Shown here: positions 9,645 through 18,961 of the stretch, piece after piece
How positions within the stretch are numbered: position 1 is the stretch's first letter
Layout: every line of letters starts with the position of its first letter
Assembly (NCBI GenBank): GCA_050251055.1
Contig: JBFWNL010000005.1
Coordinates: forward strand, 32,001-96,000
Length of the DNA stretch: 64,000 bases
Direction: 5' to 3'
From: Bacteriovoracia bacterium
GTDB lineage: Bacteria > Bdellovibrionota > UBA1018 > JBFWNL01
Made by a program: the position numbers and the translations under genes
The notes under the pieces: generated by a model
Told to the model about the DNA's origin: nothing
Database searches by the model: none
Seen by the model: the letters and a program-made list of their open reading frames with translations, nothing else

Positions 9645-10829
9645 ATGCGTTCGAATCTACGTTCGGTGGCTAGCCTGGGAATGGCCGCTCTCTTCGTTTT
9701 CGCCGTAGCTTGCACAAAGAAAGAATCGGCTCCAACCGGTGGACAAGCGGGTGCGCCCGCCGATGCCGCTGGCGACACGATTAAGATCGGCGAGATCGGC
9801 TCCATGACGGGCTCTGAAGCGACGTTCGGTTCCTCCACGCACGACGGGATCCAATTCGCTATCGACGAAATCAACGCCGCGGGTGGCATCAAGGGCAAGA
9901 AGCTTGAACTCATCACGCTCGACGATCAGGGCAAGCCGGAAGAAGCCGCTACGGCGGCTACTCGGCTGATCACCCAAAACGGCATCACGGTGCTGCTGGG
10001 AGAAGTGGCGAGCTCGCGCTCGCTGGCGATGGCGCCGATCGCCCAGGCCAACGGCGTGCCGATGGTGACGCCGTCCTCGACCAACCCGAAGGTCACCGAG
10101 ATGGGCGACTACATCTTTCGCGTGTGCTTCATCGATCCATTCCAGGGCACGGTGATGGCGAACTTCGCGCTCAACACGCTCAAGGCCAAGAAGGTGGCGA
10201 TTTTGCGCGACGTGAAGAACGATTACAGCGTGGGTTTGGCGGACTTCTTCGCCGAAACCTTCAAGAAGGCGGGCGGCACGGTCGTGATGGATCAAAGCTA
10301 CAGCGCCGGCGACATCGATTTCAAATCGCAGCTCACCTCGATCAAGCCAAAGCAGCCGGACGCGATCTTCGTGCCGGGTTACTACACCGAAGTGGGTCTC
10401 ATCGCCCGCCAAGCGAAAGAGCTGGGCATCAAGGCGCCGCTCCTGGGTGGGGACGGCTGGGACTCTCCGAAGCTGACGGAGATTGGCGGAAAGGCGATTG
10501 AAGGCGCCTATTTCTCGAACCACTATTCGTCGGAAGATCAATCGCCGGCCGTGCAAGGCTTCATCACGAAATTTAAAACCGCCAAGGGAATGGTACCGGA
10601 TGGACTTTCGGCCATGGGTTACGACGCTGCGATGTTCATGGCGGACGCCATGCGCCGCGCGCCATCGCTCGATAAGAAAGCCATCCGCGATGCCATGGCG
10701 GCGACGAAAGACTTTGCCGGCGTCACGGGCAAGATCACGATGAACGCCAAGCGCGACGCCGTGAAGTCGGCGGTGGTGCTGAAGGTTGTGGACGGCGGAT
10801 ATAAATATCAAACGACCGTGAACCCCTAG
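9645..10829 (+). CDS. livK: branched-chain amino acid ABC transporter substrate-binding lipoprotein
   Basis: GGAGG RBS, lipobox AVAC, EINAAGGIKG, YIFRVCFIDPFQG, LGGDGWDS. Confidence 0.93.
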   Translation: MRSNLRSVASLGMAALFVFAVACTKKESAPTGGQAGAPADAAGDTIKIGEIGSMTGSEATFGSSTHDGIQFAIDEINAAGGIKGKKLELITLDDQGKPEEAATAATRLITQNGITVLLGEVASSRSLAMAPIAQANGVPMVTPSSTNPKVTEMGDYIFRVCFIDPFQGTVMANFALNTLKAKKVAILRDVKNDYSVGLADFFAETFKKAGGTVVMDQSYSAGDIDFKSQLTSIKPKQPDAIFVPGYYTEVGLIARQAKELGIKAPLLGGDGWDSPKLTEIGGKAIEGAYFSNHYSSEDQSPAVQGFITKFKTAKGMVPDGLSAMGYDAAMFMADAMRRAPSLDKKAIRDAMAATKDFAGVTGKITMNAKRDAVKSAVVLKVVDGGYKYQTTVNP

Positions 10830-10841
10830 TCCGGAGCGGTC

Positions 10842-11795
10842 TTGGTCGAGTTCGTCCAGCACGTCATCAACGGTTTGTCCTTGGGGAGCATCTATGCGCT
10901 CATCGCGCTGGGCTACACCATGGTCTTCGGCATCTTGCAGCTGATTAACTTCGCCCATAGCGATGTCTACATGCTGGGTGCGTTTATCGGCTTCTATATC
11001 TCGCGTTGGATGGGGCTCGGGCAGGTGTCGTCTTTTCCGGCTTTTTTGGCGGTCATCGCTTGCGCGATGGTGGGCTGCGCGATCATTGGCTTCACGATCG
11101 AGCGATTTGCTTACCGGCCGTTACGGAAGTCGCCCCGGATTAACGTGTTGATCACCGCGGTCGGAGTCTCGCTCTTTTTGGAGTTTTCCGGGCAGCTTCT
11201 CTTCGGGTCCGATCCGAAGTTTTTTCCCCAGATCTATACGCCCGAAGGCGGCAACTGGGTATTTCACTTTGGTGAAACCGTGACCCAGGCTGACGGCAGC
11301 GTGATGGCGGCGAGCGAGCTGAACATTAATCCGCTGCACGTCACGGTGCTGCTGATCTCGCTCGTGCTGATGGCGATTTTGCAATTCATCATCTTCAAGA
11401 CGCGCGTGGGACGGGCGATGCGCGCGGTGAGTTTCAACCACGATCTGGCGCGCCTGATGGGGATTCCCACGGATCGGGTGATTTCTTATACGTTTATGTT
11501 GGGCTCGTCCCTGGCGGGCGCCGCGGGCGTGCTGGTGGGGATGGTTTACCCGAAGATTGAGCCGCTCATGGGCGTGATGCCGGGCCTGAAGGCCTTCGTG
11601 GCCGCCGTATTGGGTGGCATTGGCAATGTCACCGGCGCCCTGGTTGGAGCAATCACCTTGGGACTGGCCGAGGAGTTTGTCGTCGGCTACTGGGCCCCTA
11701 CCTACCGGGACGCCTTGGCGTTCGTGATTTTGATCCTAATCTTGCTCTTTAAGCCGGCTGGCCTATTCGGCGTTTCGCGCCGGGAGAAGGTGTGA
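10842..11795 (+). CDS. livH: branched-chain amino acid ABC permease
   Basis: GSIYALIALGYTMVFG..INFAH, GLKAFVAAVLGGIG. Confidence 0.95.
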   Translation: MVEFVQHVINGLSLGSIYALIALGYTMVFGILQLINFAHSDVYMLGAFIGFYISRWMGLGQVSSFPAFLAVIACAMVGCAIIGFTIERFAYRPLRKSPRINVLITAVGVSLFLEFSGQLLFGSDPKFFPQIYTPEGGNWVFHFGETVTQADGSVMAASELNINPLHVTVLLISLVLMAILQFIIFKTRVGRAMRAVSFNHDLARLMGIPTDRVISYTFMLGSSLAGAAGVLVGMVYPKIEPLMGVMPGLKAFVAAVLGGIGNVTGALVGAITLGLAEEFVVGYWAPTYRDALAFVILILILLFKPAGLFGVSRREKV

Positions 11796-12844
11796 GCGTC
11801 ATGAAGGGGCAGACGGCGCGGACGGGCGGGATGCCTCACGGTTTACAGACGCTTTGGACTTGGCTCGCGCTGCTTGCGGCCGTGTGGGTGCTGAACTTCG
11901 CGGTCGCACCCTTCATCAATCCTTATATCTTCACCATCATTATGTACGCGGGCGTGAACATCGTGCTCGCCGTGAGCCTCAACCTGGTCAATGGTTTTAC
12001 GGGGCAGTTTTCCATGGGACACGCGGGCTTCATGGCCGTGGGGGCCTATGTTTCGGCGTACATGACGACGGAGCTACAGACCGCGCAACCCGCTCTGCTA
12101 GCGAACCCGGTCGTGGCGGCGGCGATTTTCGTCGTGGCGCTGATCGCCGGGGGGCTCGTTTCGGGGGCGGTCGGATACTTGGTGGGCTTGCCCTCGCTGC
12201 GGTTGCGTGGCGATTACCTGGCGATCGTGACTTTGGGGTTTGGCGAAATTATCCGCGTGGTCCTTTTGAACATGGACGCGGTGGGCGCGGCGCGCGGGTT
12301 ACCCGGAATTCCCGAACTCTCGACGTTCGGCTGGGTTTACACGTGGGTCGTGGTCGCGGTGTTCGCGGTTTGGCGGCTGGTGAACTCATCGCACGGGCGC
12401 GCGTTGCTTTCCGTGCGCGAGGATGAGATCGCGGCCGAAGCCATGGGGGTGGACACCACCGGCGCCAAGGTGCGCGCGTTCGTCATTGGCGCTTTCTTCG
12501 CCGGGGTGGGCGGCGGACTGTTTGCGCACTACCTGCGCTACCTTACGCCCGCGAGTTTCGATTTTAATAAGAGCTTCGAGATCATCATCATGGTCGTGCT
12601 GGGCGGCATGGGCAGCATCACCGGATCCATCGTGGCCGCGCTTTTCCTGACGGGAATTCGCGAAGCCTTGCGGCCGTTGCAGGAGCTGACGAAAGTGGAT
12701 TACCGCATGGTGATTTACTCATTGATCCTAATTATCCTCATGCTCACGCGCCCGAACGGGCTTTTCGGCACGCGCGAGTTCACGAGTTTCCTGCCTAAGT
12801 CCTGGCGTCGCCGTCTGGGCGGGGAAAGCGAGGCTCGCTCGTGA
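11792..12844 (+). CDS. livM: branched-chain amino acid ABC permease
   Basis: GFTGQFSMGHAGF, RLRGDYLAIVTLGFGEI, VREDEIAAEAMG. Confidence 0.95.
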   Translation: MSVMKGQTARTGGMPHGLQTLWTWLALLAAVWVLNFAVAPFINPYIFTIIMYAGVNIVLAVSLNLVNGFTGQFSMGHAGFMAVGAYVSAYMTTELQTAQPALLANPVVAAAIFVVALIAGGLVSGAVGYLVGLPSLRLRGDYLAIVTLGFGEIIRVVLLNMDAVGAARGLPGIPELSTFGWVYTWVVVAVFAVWRLVNSSHGRALLSVREDEIAAEAMGVDTTGAKVRAFVIGAFFAGVGGGLFAHYLRYLTPASFDFNKSFEIIIMVVLGGMGSITGSIVAALFLTGIREALRPLQELTKVDYRMVIYSLILIILMLTRPNGLFGTREFTSFLPKSWRRRLGGESEARS

Positions 12845-13656
12845 GCACGATCGCGCTGAAGACCGAGGGCCTCAGTATCCAGTTTGGGGGACTGAAGGCC
12901 GTATCGAATTTGAACTTGCAGGTTCCCCAGGGCGCGATCTTCGGCCTCATCGGACCGAACGGCGCGGGCAAAACGACCGTCTTCAATATGCTTACCGGGG
13001 TCTATGCACCAACCGAAGGTAAAGTCTCCACCTACGGCGAGGAGCTGGTTGGCTATAAGTGCCACCAAATCACGCGGAAGGGTTTGGCGCGCACGTTTCA
13101 GAATATACGTTTATTCAAAGATCTCACGGTGCTCGAGAACTTGCTCGTGGCCATGGATAATGACCCGAAGCTGCCTCGTTACGGCCTGATTTCTTCCCTT
13201 TTGCGGACCCGTAAGGTGATGCAAAGCGAAGCGGAGAAGCGTGCGCGGGCGCAGGCCCTTCTGGAAGTGATGGGCATGAGTCAGTACCAGCACGAGCAGG
13301 CGGGTAGCCTTCCGTACGGCAATCAGCGGCGACTTGAGATCGCGCGCGCGCTCGCCACCGGCGCCAAGATCCTGCTCCTAGACGAGCCGGCGGCCGGACT
13401 TAATCCGCAGGAAACGAAATCGCTCATGGACGCCATCCAGCTGATCCGCAAGAAGTGGGCGGTGACGGTTTTTCTGATCGAGCACGACATGAAGCTCGTG
13501 ATGGGAATCTGCGAACGCATTGCCGTCTTGGACTACGGCGTGAAGATTGCCGAAGGCACGCCGGCGGAAATTCAGCGCGACCCGCACGTGATCGAAGCTT
13601 ACTTGGGTACCGGCGCGAGTACGGCCGGGGCCGGAGGGGGGGCGAATGGCCGCTAA
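12841..13656 (+). CDS. livG: branched-chain amino acid ABC ATPase
   Basis: GPNGAGKTT, ARTFQNIRLF, LLLDEPAAG. Confidence 0.95.
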   Translation: MSTIALKTEGLSIQFGGLKAVSNLNLQVPQGAIFGLIGPNGAGKTTVFNMLTGVYAPTEGKVSTYGEELVGYKCHQITRKGLARTFQNIRLFKDLTVLENLLVAMDNDPKLPRYGLISSLLRTRKVMQSEAEKRARAQALLEVMGMSQYQHEQAGSLPYGNQRRLEIARALATGAKILLLDEPAAGLNPQETKSLMDAIQLIRKKWAVTVFLIEHDMKLVMGICERIAVLDYGVKIAEGTPAEIQRDPHVIEAYLGTGASTAGAGGGANGR

Positions 13657-14383
13657 ACCCGCCGTCGAGGGCGAGACCATCCTGAAGCTCGAAAACTTGA
13701 ACGTGCATTACGGGGCGGTTCACGCCATCAAGGATATTTCCTTCGAGGTGAAGCAGGGCCAGATCGTGACATTGATTGGGTGCAATGGCGCGGGCAAATC
13801 CACCGTTCTGCGCGCGATCAGTGGGCTGGTGAAGCCTTCCGCGGGTACCATCACCTATCGCGGCAAGCTAATTTCCAATATGAAGGCGCACGAGATCGTG
13901 CGCGAACGCATCTGCCAGGCCCCCGAGGGGCGCGGAATTTTCTTGAATCTCAGCGTCGAGGAGAATCTGGATTTGGGCGCTTGGACAGCGCCCGATCGCG
14001 CGACTTTCGCGAAGGACCTGGATCATGTGTTCACTTTGTTTCCGCGCCTGAAGGAGCGTCGTCGGCAGAACGCGGGCACTCTCTCGGGAGGCGAGCAGCA
14101 GATGCTCGCCATCGGACGCGCGCTCATGGGGCATCCCGATTTGCTTTTGCTGGACGAACCCAGTTTGGGGTTGGCGCCGCAGATTATCGAAAAAATCTTT
14201 TCGATTATTCGCCAGATCAACTCCGAAGGAAAAACGGTATTGCTCGTGGAGCAGAACGCGCTCCAGGCTTTGCACATAGCCCATCGAGGCATCGTGCTTG
14301 AAACGGGCAAGGCTGCGCTGCAAGGCCCGGCGTCGGAGCTGTTGGCTTCCGACGAAGTTCGTAAGGCCTACCTGGGTGAGTAG
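13646..14383 (+). CDS. livF: branched-chain amino acid ABC ATPase
   Basis: GCNGAGKST, LSGGEQQMLAIGRALM, LDEPSLGLAP. Confidence 0.95.
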   Translation: MAAKPAVEGETILKLENLNVHYGAVHAIKDISFEVKQGQIVTLIGCNGAGKSTVLRAISGLVKPSAGTITYRGKLISNMKAHEIVRERICQAPEGRGIFLNLSVEENLDLGAWTAPDRATFAKDLDHVFTLFPRLKERRRQNAGTLSGGEQQMLAIGRALMGHPDLLLLDEPSLGLAPQIIEKIFSIIRQINSEGKTVLLVEQNALQALHIAHRGIVLETGKAALQGPASELLASDEVRKAYLGE

Positions 14384-14391
14384 TGTTCACA

Positions 14392-14495
14392 GTATTTATT
14401 CTTATTTTATAAATTTAAATAGTTTATATTTAATATAATATATTGATATTAAATATATTTTTAATTATCTGTAGACTTATTTGTTTACATTACTT
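14392..14495. promoter_or_regulatory. extremely AT-rich intergenic tract upstream of the pilin-like operon
   Basis: About 100 bp of almost pure A/T in a GC-rich background, includes TATAAT. Confidence 0.5.
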
Positions 14496-14577
14496 TGAGT
14501 ATTGTATTGCAAAATGACGCAAAGCATCATACTCTAGAGAAGTCCATTTAGGGGAATCATTATTGGGGGACTTCTCG

Positions 14578-15444
14578 ATGTTTATGGGAAAGCAGGGCTC
14601 GGCTTCGGGCTTCAGCTTGGTGGAAGGCTTGCTTGCGCTAGCGGTTTTGATCATCGGGGTGACGGCCTTCACCCAGTTTATGCATCAGCAGCGAGTGGGT
14701 GAACGCGGGCTTGCCCAGGCCGCTAGCTATCGCCAGGAAGTGGATCGGTATCGCAGCTACCTCGCCATGCCCGAGCACTGTGAATCGGTTTTGCCGGATC
14801 CTACGGTGCCATTTCCGAACGATCCGGTAGCGGATGCCGCATTTATGGAGTCGCTGACGACCACGCCGAGAGTACTCCGCCGGCGTATTCCGCCGCTCGC
14901 GGCGAATATCTTTCATCCAGATCCCATCCTGCAGGAGGGGGCGACTTTAGATCGCCTGTTTCTCGTGCAGAGCTTTCGCTACACGGGCCTTCAGCCCCTG
15001 AGTAGCTCGCCAAATTTTTATGATCTGCAGCTCCAGCTCGTCGCTGATCGCAATGGACCCGGGATGGGCTCTATCCATTTACCTCAGAAAGACTTCACGA
15101 TCCGGGTCAGGCTGGGCGCCGATCGCCGGCCGGAAACCTGCTTTTGCACCAATTGCGGGGGCGGAGGAATGAACCCACTCGTCACCCAATGCCCGGTGGG
15201 CAGCGTGCTCACGGGTTACGCGGCGAATACGTTTGAACCAGTTTGCCTGCCGAATCCCGCCTGCGTGGCCGGCCAGTCGATCGTGGTGGAACGCCGGATG
15301 AATACCGACGGTGAGTTCGTGGACGCCGATGGGAACGTGGTGGCAAACGAGACCGATGCCGCGCTCGAGTGGCGGTGCTCTGATGGAGAAGAGGCCGAGA
15401 CGAGCACGGCCTTCATCAAACTTTGCAAGGGAGGTTGCGAATGA
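14578..15444 (+). CDS. type IV pilin/pseudopilin-like protein with Cys-rich C-terminus
   Basis: Prepilin site SG|FSLVE followed by hydrophobic helix. Confidence 0.85.
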   Translation: MFMGKQGSASGFSLVEGLLALAVLIIGVTAFTQFMHQQRVGERGLAQAASYRQEVDRYRSYLAMPEHCESVLPDPTVPFPNDPVADAAFMESLTTTPRVLRRRIPPLAANIFHPDPILQEGATLDRLFLVQSFRYTGLQPLSSSPNFYDLQLQLVADRNGPGMGSIHLPQKDFTIRVRLGADRRPETCFCTNCGGGGMNPLVTQCPVGSVLTGYAANTFEPVCLPNPACVAGQSIVVERRMNTDGEFVDADGNVVANETDAALEWRCSDGEEAETSTAFIKLCKGGCE

Positions 15445-16436
15445 AGTCTTTGAATCTTCGTTACTGGAGCCAATGGGCGTTGGTCGTAACCATCCTGGGC
15501 GCGCCGCTGGCGCGTGCCGATAACGTCGCCACCTGTCTGGAAAATGGGGGGGACTACAACGATTGCAGCGCAGATAGCATCGTCCAGCAATACATCCGGT
15601 ATAACATCCGCTATTGCCAAACGAGCTCGCGTGGCAATAAACGGTGCCAACATCACAATTCCCAGCAGGCCTACGCCAAGTGCGACTATAACGACCAGAA
15701 GCAGCACTGGTATTGGACGGCTAATAACGGCAAACAGCTCGCTTGCAAGTCAATTTTCGTTTCCGGTACGGAGGCCGCGGAGGGGTGTCGGGTGAGGATC
15801 AAAAAATCCAGCTGCCCATTTCTCAAGGCGGGCAAGGTGACGCCGGCTCCACTAAATGCCTCCAGTTCTACCACCAAAACCTACTATTTTAACGACCTCG
15901 CGGAATTGCCCATGGATGTCGACCAGCTGGCTGAGGACGTGAACCAGGAGGTGGCGGTGCCGGACCCCGGGACGACGGTGGACGGCACGAATTGGCGGAG
16001 TTTTGCGACCATCTTCGAGCAGACGGGAGCCACCCACGACTACTCGGACGGTAAGGGGCGCACCGAATTCTACTGGAACTTTGGTACGGGAAACCCCACG
16101 ACCGCGGGAAAGACGGATCTTATCCTCAATCGGAAGGTGAACGGCACGGTCCCGTCGAATACGATGCGAGCGGATATCATTACCCGGCATCTCCGCAGCA
16201 CCCAGAACGGAAATTTCCGCGACATGAGCTGCAACTCCCAGCCAACGCCGCAGGCGAAGCGAGATTGCTGTAAAGCCCGTGAGGACTACTGGGAGCGTTT
16301 TTGCACGCTTAAGGTCGTCAAAGTGAAGAAGAAGAAGCCCCCGACGGGCTCCGATCCGCGCGACTATATCGACGTAAAGGTGACTACCACCAAGGCTAAG
16401 GATGTAAACACGTCTTATATCGACTTGGAAATCTGA
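15441..16436 (+). CDS. exported Cys-rich hypothetical protein
   Basis: ATGA overlap with pilin gene, signal peptide ending ARA, many Cys. Confidence 0.75.
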   Translation: MKSLNLRYWSQWALVVTILGAPLARADNVATCLENGGDYNDCSADSIVQQYIRYNIRYCQTSSRGNKRCQHHNSQQAYAKCDYNDQKQHWYWTANNGKQLACKSIFVSGTEAAEGCRVRIKKSSCPFLKAGKVTPAPLNASSSTTKTYYFNDLAELPMDVDQLAEDVNQEVAVPDPGTTVDGTNWRSFATIFEQTGATHDYSDGKGRTEFYWNFGTGNPTTAGKTDLILNRKVNGTVPSNTMRADIITRHLRSTQNGNFRDMSCNSQPTPQAKRDCCKAREDYWERFCTLKVVKVKKKKPPTGSDPRDYIDVKVTTTKAKDVNTSYIDLEI

Positions 16437-16442
16437 GTCGGG

Positions 16443-18155
16443 CTAGGGAATTCGTTCGCCCACGTGGAGACGGTAGTCTCCCACCCGGGACGAGTGGATG
16501 CGTTTGAAGCGACGACCCATGACTTCGATTTCGTCATCACCATTTCCGTTCGCGGAAGGGTCTGCTTTGGCGGAGAGGAGAATTCCCACCCGTCGGGCTT
16601 GGTCCACTTGGGCGAGCGCCGTATAGGGCTGAGCTGATGTCGTTTCGTCGGAAACAAACGGAGGGGCCCAATTCGAAAGCAAGGTGCGGCGATTCGCCTC
16701 CCAAAAATTTTCGGTCAGCACTACGGGTACGCCCAGGCGGCGAAATTCGGCGGTGATGCTATCGTCTCTTGCGACCCCGCCGGAAGCCAGCAGGGAGGCA
16801 GCCCAGTCCCGGCGCGTAGATAGCTGGTCGCCCAGATGGAACAAGAGCAAGACCGCGACTAGGGCCAATCCGAAGGAACGAACGACCTTATTTTTAGTGG
16901 CGCCTTCGATCGCAGCGCCCAAGCCTAGCCAAAGGGGTGGGACGACCGCTACGAGGTAGCGTGGGGGTGCGTCCGCGTAAGGCCGTTTCAAAATAAATGC
17001 GAGCATTGCGACCGCTAGCGCCGCTACGGCCACGCGATAGCGCGAATGGCGGATGCCGAATATCGTGAGCCCAGTCAGGAGCAACCAGCTAGCGTAAAAT
17101 CCGGGAGATGATTCCGGCCCTCCGGTGAATATCGCGCGCAGCGCCCCGGGGATCTGGCCGATCCCCATCAGCATGCCGTGAAAATCAGCGTCGGGGACGG
17201 AACGGGCGCCATGCCCGCGCATCCACATGGAAATGAGTTCGGGCATGAAGCCAATCGCCAGTCCGAGCAAGAAAACTCCCCCGCGGACGAGGTTGCGTCG
17301 GCTTCTGAGGCTCGGATTATTCTTTACCCATACCCAAGCGAAGCAAAGAGCTGCGTTGTGGAGGTTTGGCGTTGCCCAGATCTTAACCGGCCGCCCGTTC
17401 CAGGTGCCCACGGTTTGGCCAAAGGTCTGCAGGTAAGCATAGAGGGCGACAAACGCCAGGCCCAATCCGAGTACGGCGCGGTCGGCCCGGGTGCGGGCGC
17501 CGAATTTCGCGCACAAGGCGTGTCCGAGGTCGCGCCAGGGAACGAATAGAGCCGCGAGGAAAATATCGGCCATGCGACTCGTGTAATGGGCGAAACCCGC
17601 GACTACGCCCGCGCCGAAAAGCGTCGGTAGGTTTAGGTTTCGCCAAGGATCACGGTAGGCGGGGTAGCGTCCGGCCACCGTCAGCACGAGGAAACCGAAG
17701 AAAATAGCGAAGACGTGGAAGTCAACGCCGTACAAGGTATAGAAAAAATTCAAACCCACCGCGCCGGCTAAGCCCAGGATGGCCGCCGTCGCAAACGAGA
17801 AGTAAGCGCTGCCCAATGCGAACGCCAGCGCCGCGAAAGTCCACGGCAGCCAAAAGTAGTTGAATGAGAAATGGGCGTCGATCGCCGAAGTGCCCAGGGC
17901 GCGCATCGAAAACACGACCCAGGCGGTACGGATCCAAGTAAGGAAGTTGCCCCCGTAAGTGTCCTCGAGTTGGAAAAACGTCCAGTGGCCTTGGCGGATC
18001 AGGTCAGAAGTGAGCGGAGCTACCGCGAGATCGGAGTTTAGGATGGCAGGGGCGGCGGCATGGATTTCCCGATGGGCGAAATAGACGGCGACTCCCAGGA
18101 CCGCGAGGGTGAGGGCGGTCCGGAGCCCGCGCCCGGACTTACTTGGCGACGGCAC
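16443..18155 (-). CDS. polytopic membrane protein, probable GT-C (ArnT/PMT-like) glycosyltransferase
   Basis: About 12 hydrophobic segments, acidic SD after TM1, YGG, PRYL; overlaps the GT2 gene; start uncertain. Confidence 0.6.
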   Translation of the reverse strand: MPSPSKSGRGLRTALTLAVLGVAVYFAHREIHAAAPAILNSDLAVAPLTSDLIRQGHWTFFQLEDTYGGNFLTWIRTAWVVFSMRALGTSAIDAHFSFNYFWLPWTFAALAFALGSAYFSFATAAILGLAGAVGLNFFYTLYGVDFHVFAIFFGFLVLTVAGRYPAYRDPWRNLNLPTLFGAGVVAGFAHYTSRMADIFLAALFVPWRDLGHALCAKFGARTRADRAVLGLGLAFVALYAYLQTFGQTVGTWNGRPVKIWATPNLHNAALCFAWVWVKNNPSLRSRRNLVRGGVFLLGLAIGFMPELISMWMRGHGARSVPDADFHGMLMGIGQIPGALRAIFTGGPESSPGFYASWLLLTGLTIFGIRHSRYRVAVAALAVAMLAFILKRPYADAPPRYLVAVVPPLWLGLGAAIEGATKNKVVRSFGLALVAVLLLFHLGDQLSTRRDWAASLLASGGVARDDSITAEFRRLGVPVVLTENFWEANRRTLLSNWAPPFVSDETTSAQPYTALAQVDQARRVGILLSAKADPSANGNGDDEIEVMGRRFKRIHSSRVGDYRLHVGERIP

Positions 18156-18900
18156 TCGGCAGCGCCCGGGGAGCCGCGGAGTGGTAGCGCTTTTTCTTCC
18201 ACGGCGGTCGTTTGAACGCGGCCCAGACCGTGCGGAGGGCATAGCCGAATAGGCCGGGCACGTTCACGGAAGAGCTTTGGTCCTCGTAGCGGACGGGCAT
18301 CGGAACTTCGCCGATGCGGAAGCCTTCCATCACGCAATCCATCATGATGTCGCTCGCGAACGCGTGGGTGTCGGGATAGGTGTCGAGCGGCAGCGTCTGC
18401 AAAACTTTGCGGCTGTACGCCCGCATGCCGCTATGCCATTCGCCGAAGTTCACGCCGAACCAGACGTTCTCGAACATAGTAAGGATGCGATTTCCGAGGT
18501 AGCGGTAAAGGGGCATGCCGCCGGCGAGCGATTCGGCGCGGGAGCGGATGCGGTTGGCTTGGATCACGTCGAAGTGTCCGCGCACGATGTATTCGGCCAG
18601 CAGGTCCGCTACGGAAGGTTCGTACTGGTAATCGGGATGGACTTCGACCACCACGTCGGCGCCCTGGCGCACGGCTTCGGCATAGAGCCGCTTGAGATTT
18701 CCGCCGTATCCGTAGTTACGGTCGTGGGTGATGACCTGGATACCGAGATTTTGAGCGATTTCCGCCGTGCGGTCCTGGCTGACGTTGTTGCCGAGGATGA
18801 CGTTTTTCTGGAGGGCCGCGGGCAGGGCCCGGTAGGTCTGCTCCAGGGTCTTCTCGACGTTGTAGGCCGGCATGACGACGGTGATTTTCATCTCTGGCAT
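18139..18900 (-). CDS. GT2 polyprenol-phosphate glycosyltransferase
   Basis: VVMPAYN, NYGYGGN, HPDYQY, GGMPLYRYLGNR, HSGMRAYSR. Confidence 0.92.
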   Translation of the reverse strand: MPEMKITVVMPAYNVEKTLEQTYRALPAALQKNVILGNNVSQDRTAEIAQNLGIQVITHDRNYGYGGNLKRLYAEAVRQGADVVVEVHPDYQYEPSVADLLAEYIVRGHFDVIQANRIRSRAESLAGGMPLYRYLGNRILTMFENVWFGVNFGEWHSGMRAYSRKVLQTLPLDTYPDTHAFASDIMMDCVMEGFRIGEVPMPVRYEDQSSSVNVPGLFGYALRTVWAAFKRPPWKKKRYHSAAPRALPSAVAK

Positions 18901-18961
18901 GGGTGCCCCGAGTGTAATCATAAATGCGGGGTTGCCGCAACCCGGGATAGAAGCCAAGCGC

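Noticed and set aside
9657-10958. 433-aa minus-strand ORF and similar long antisense ORFs over fumC, the dikinases and the beta-helix gene
   Set aside because: Fully overlap well-supported genes on the opposite strand
14384-14500. AT-rich tract as replication origin
   Set aside because: No good DnaA boxes and no dnaA/gidA/parAB context
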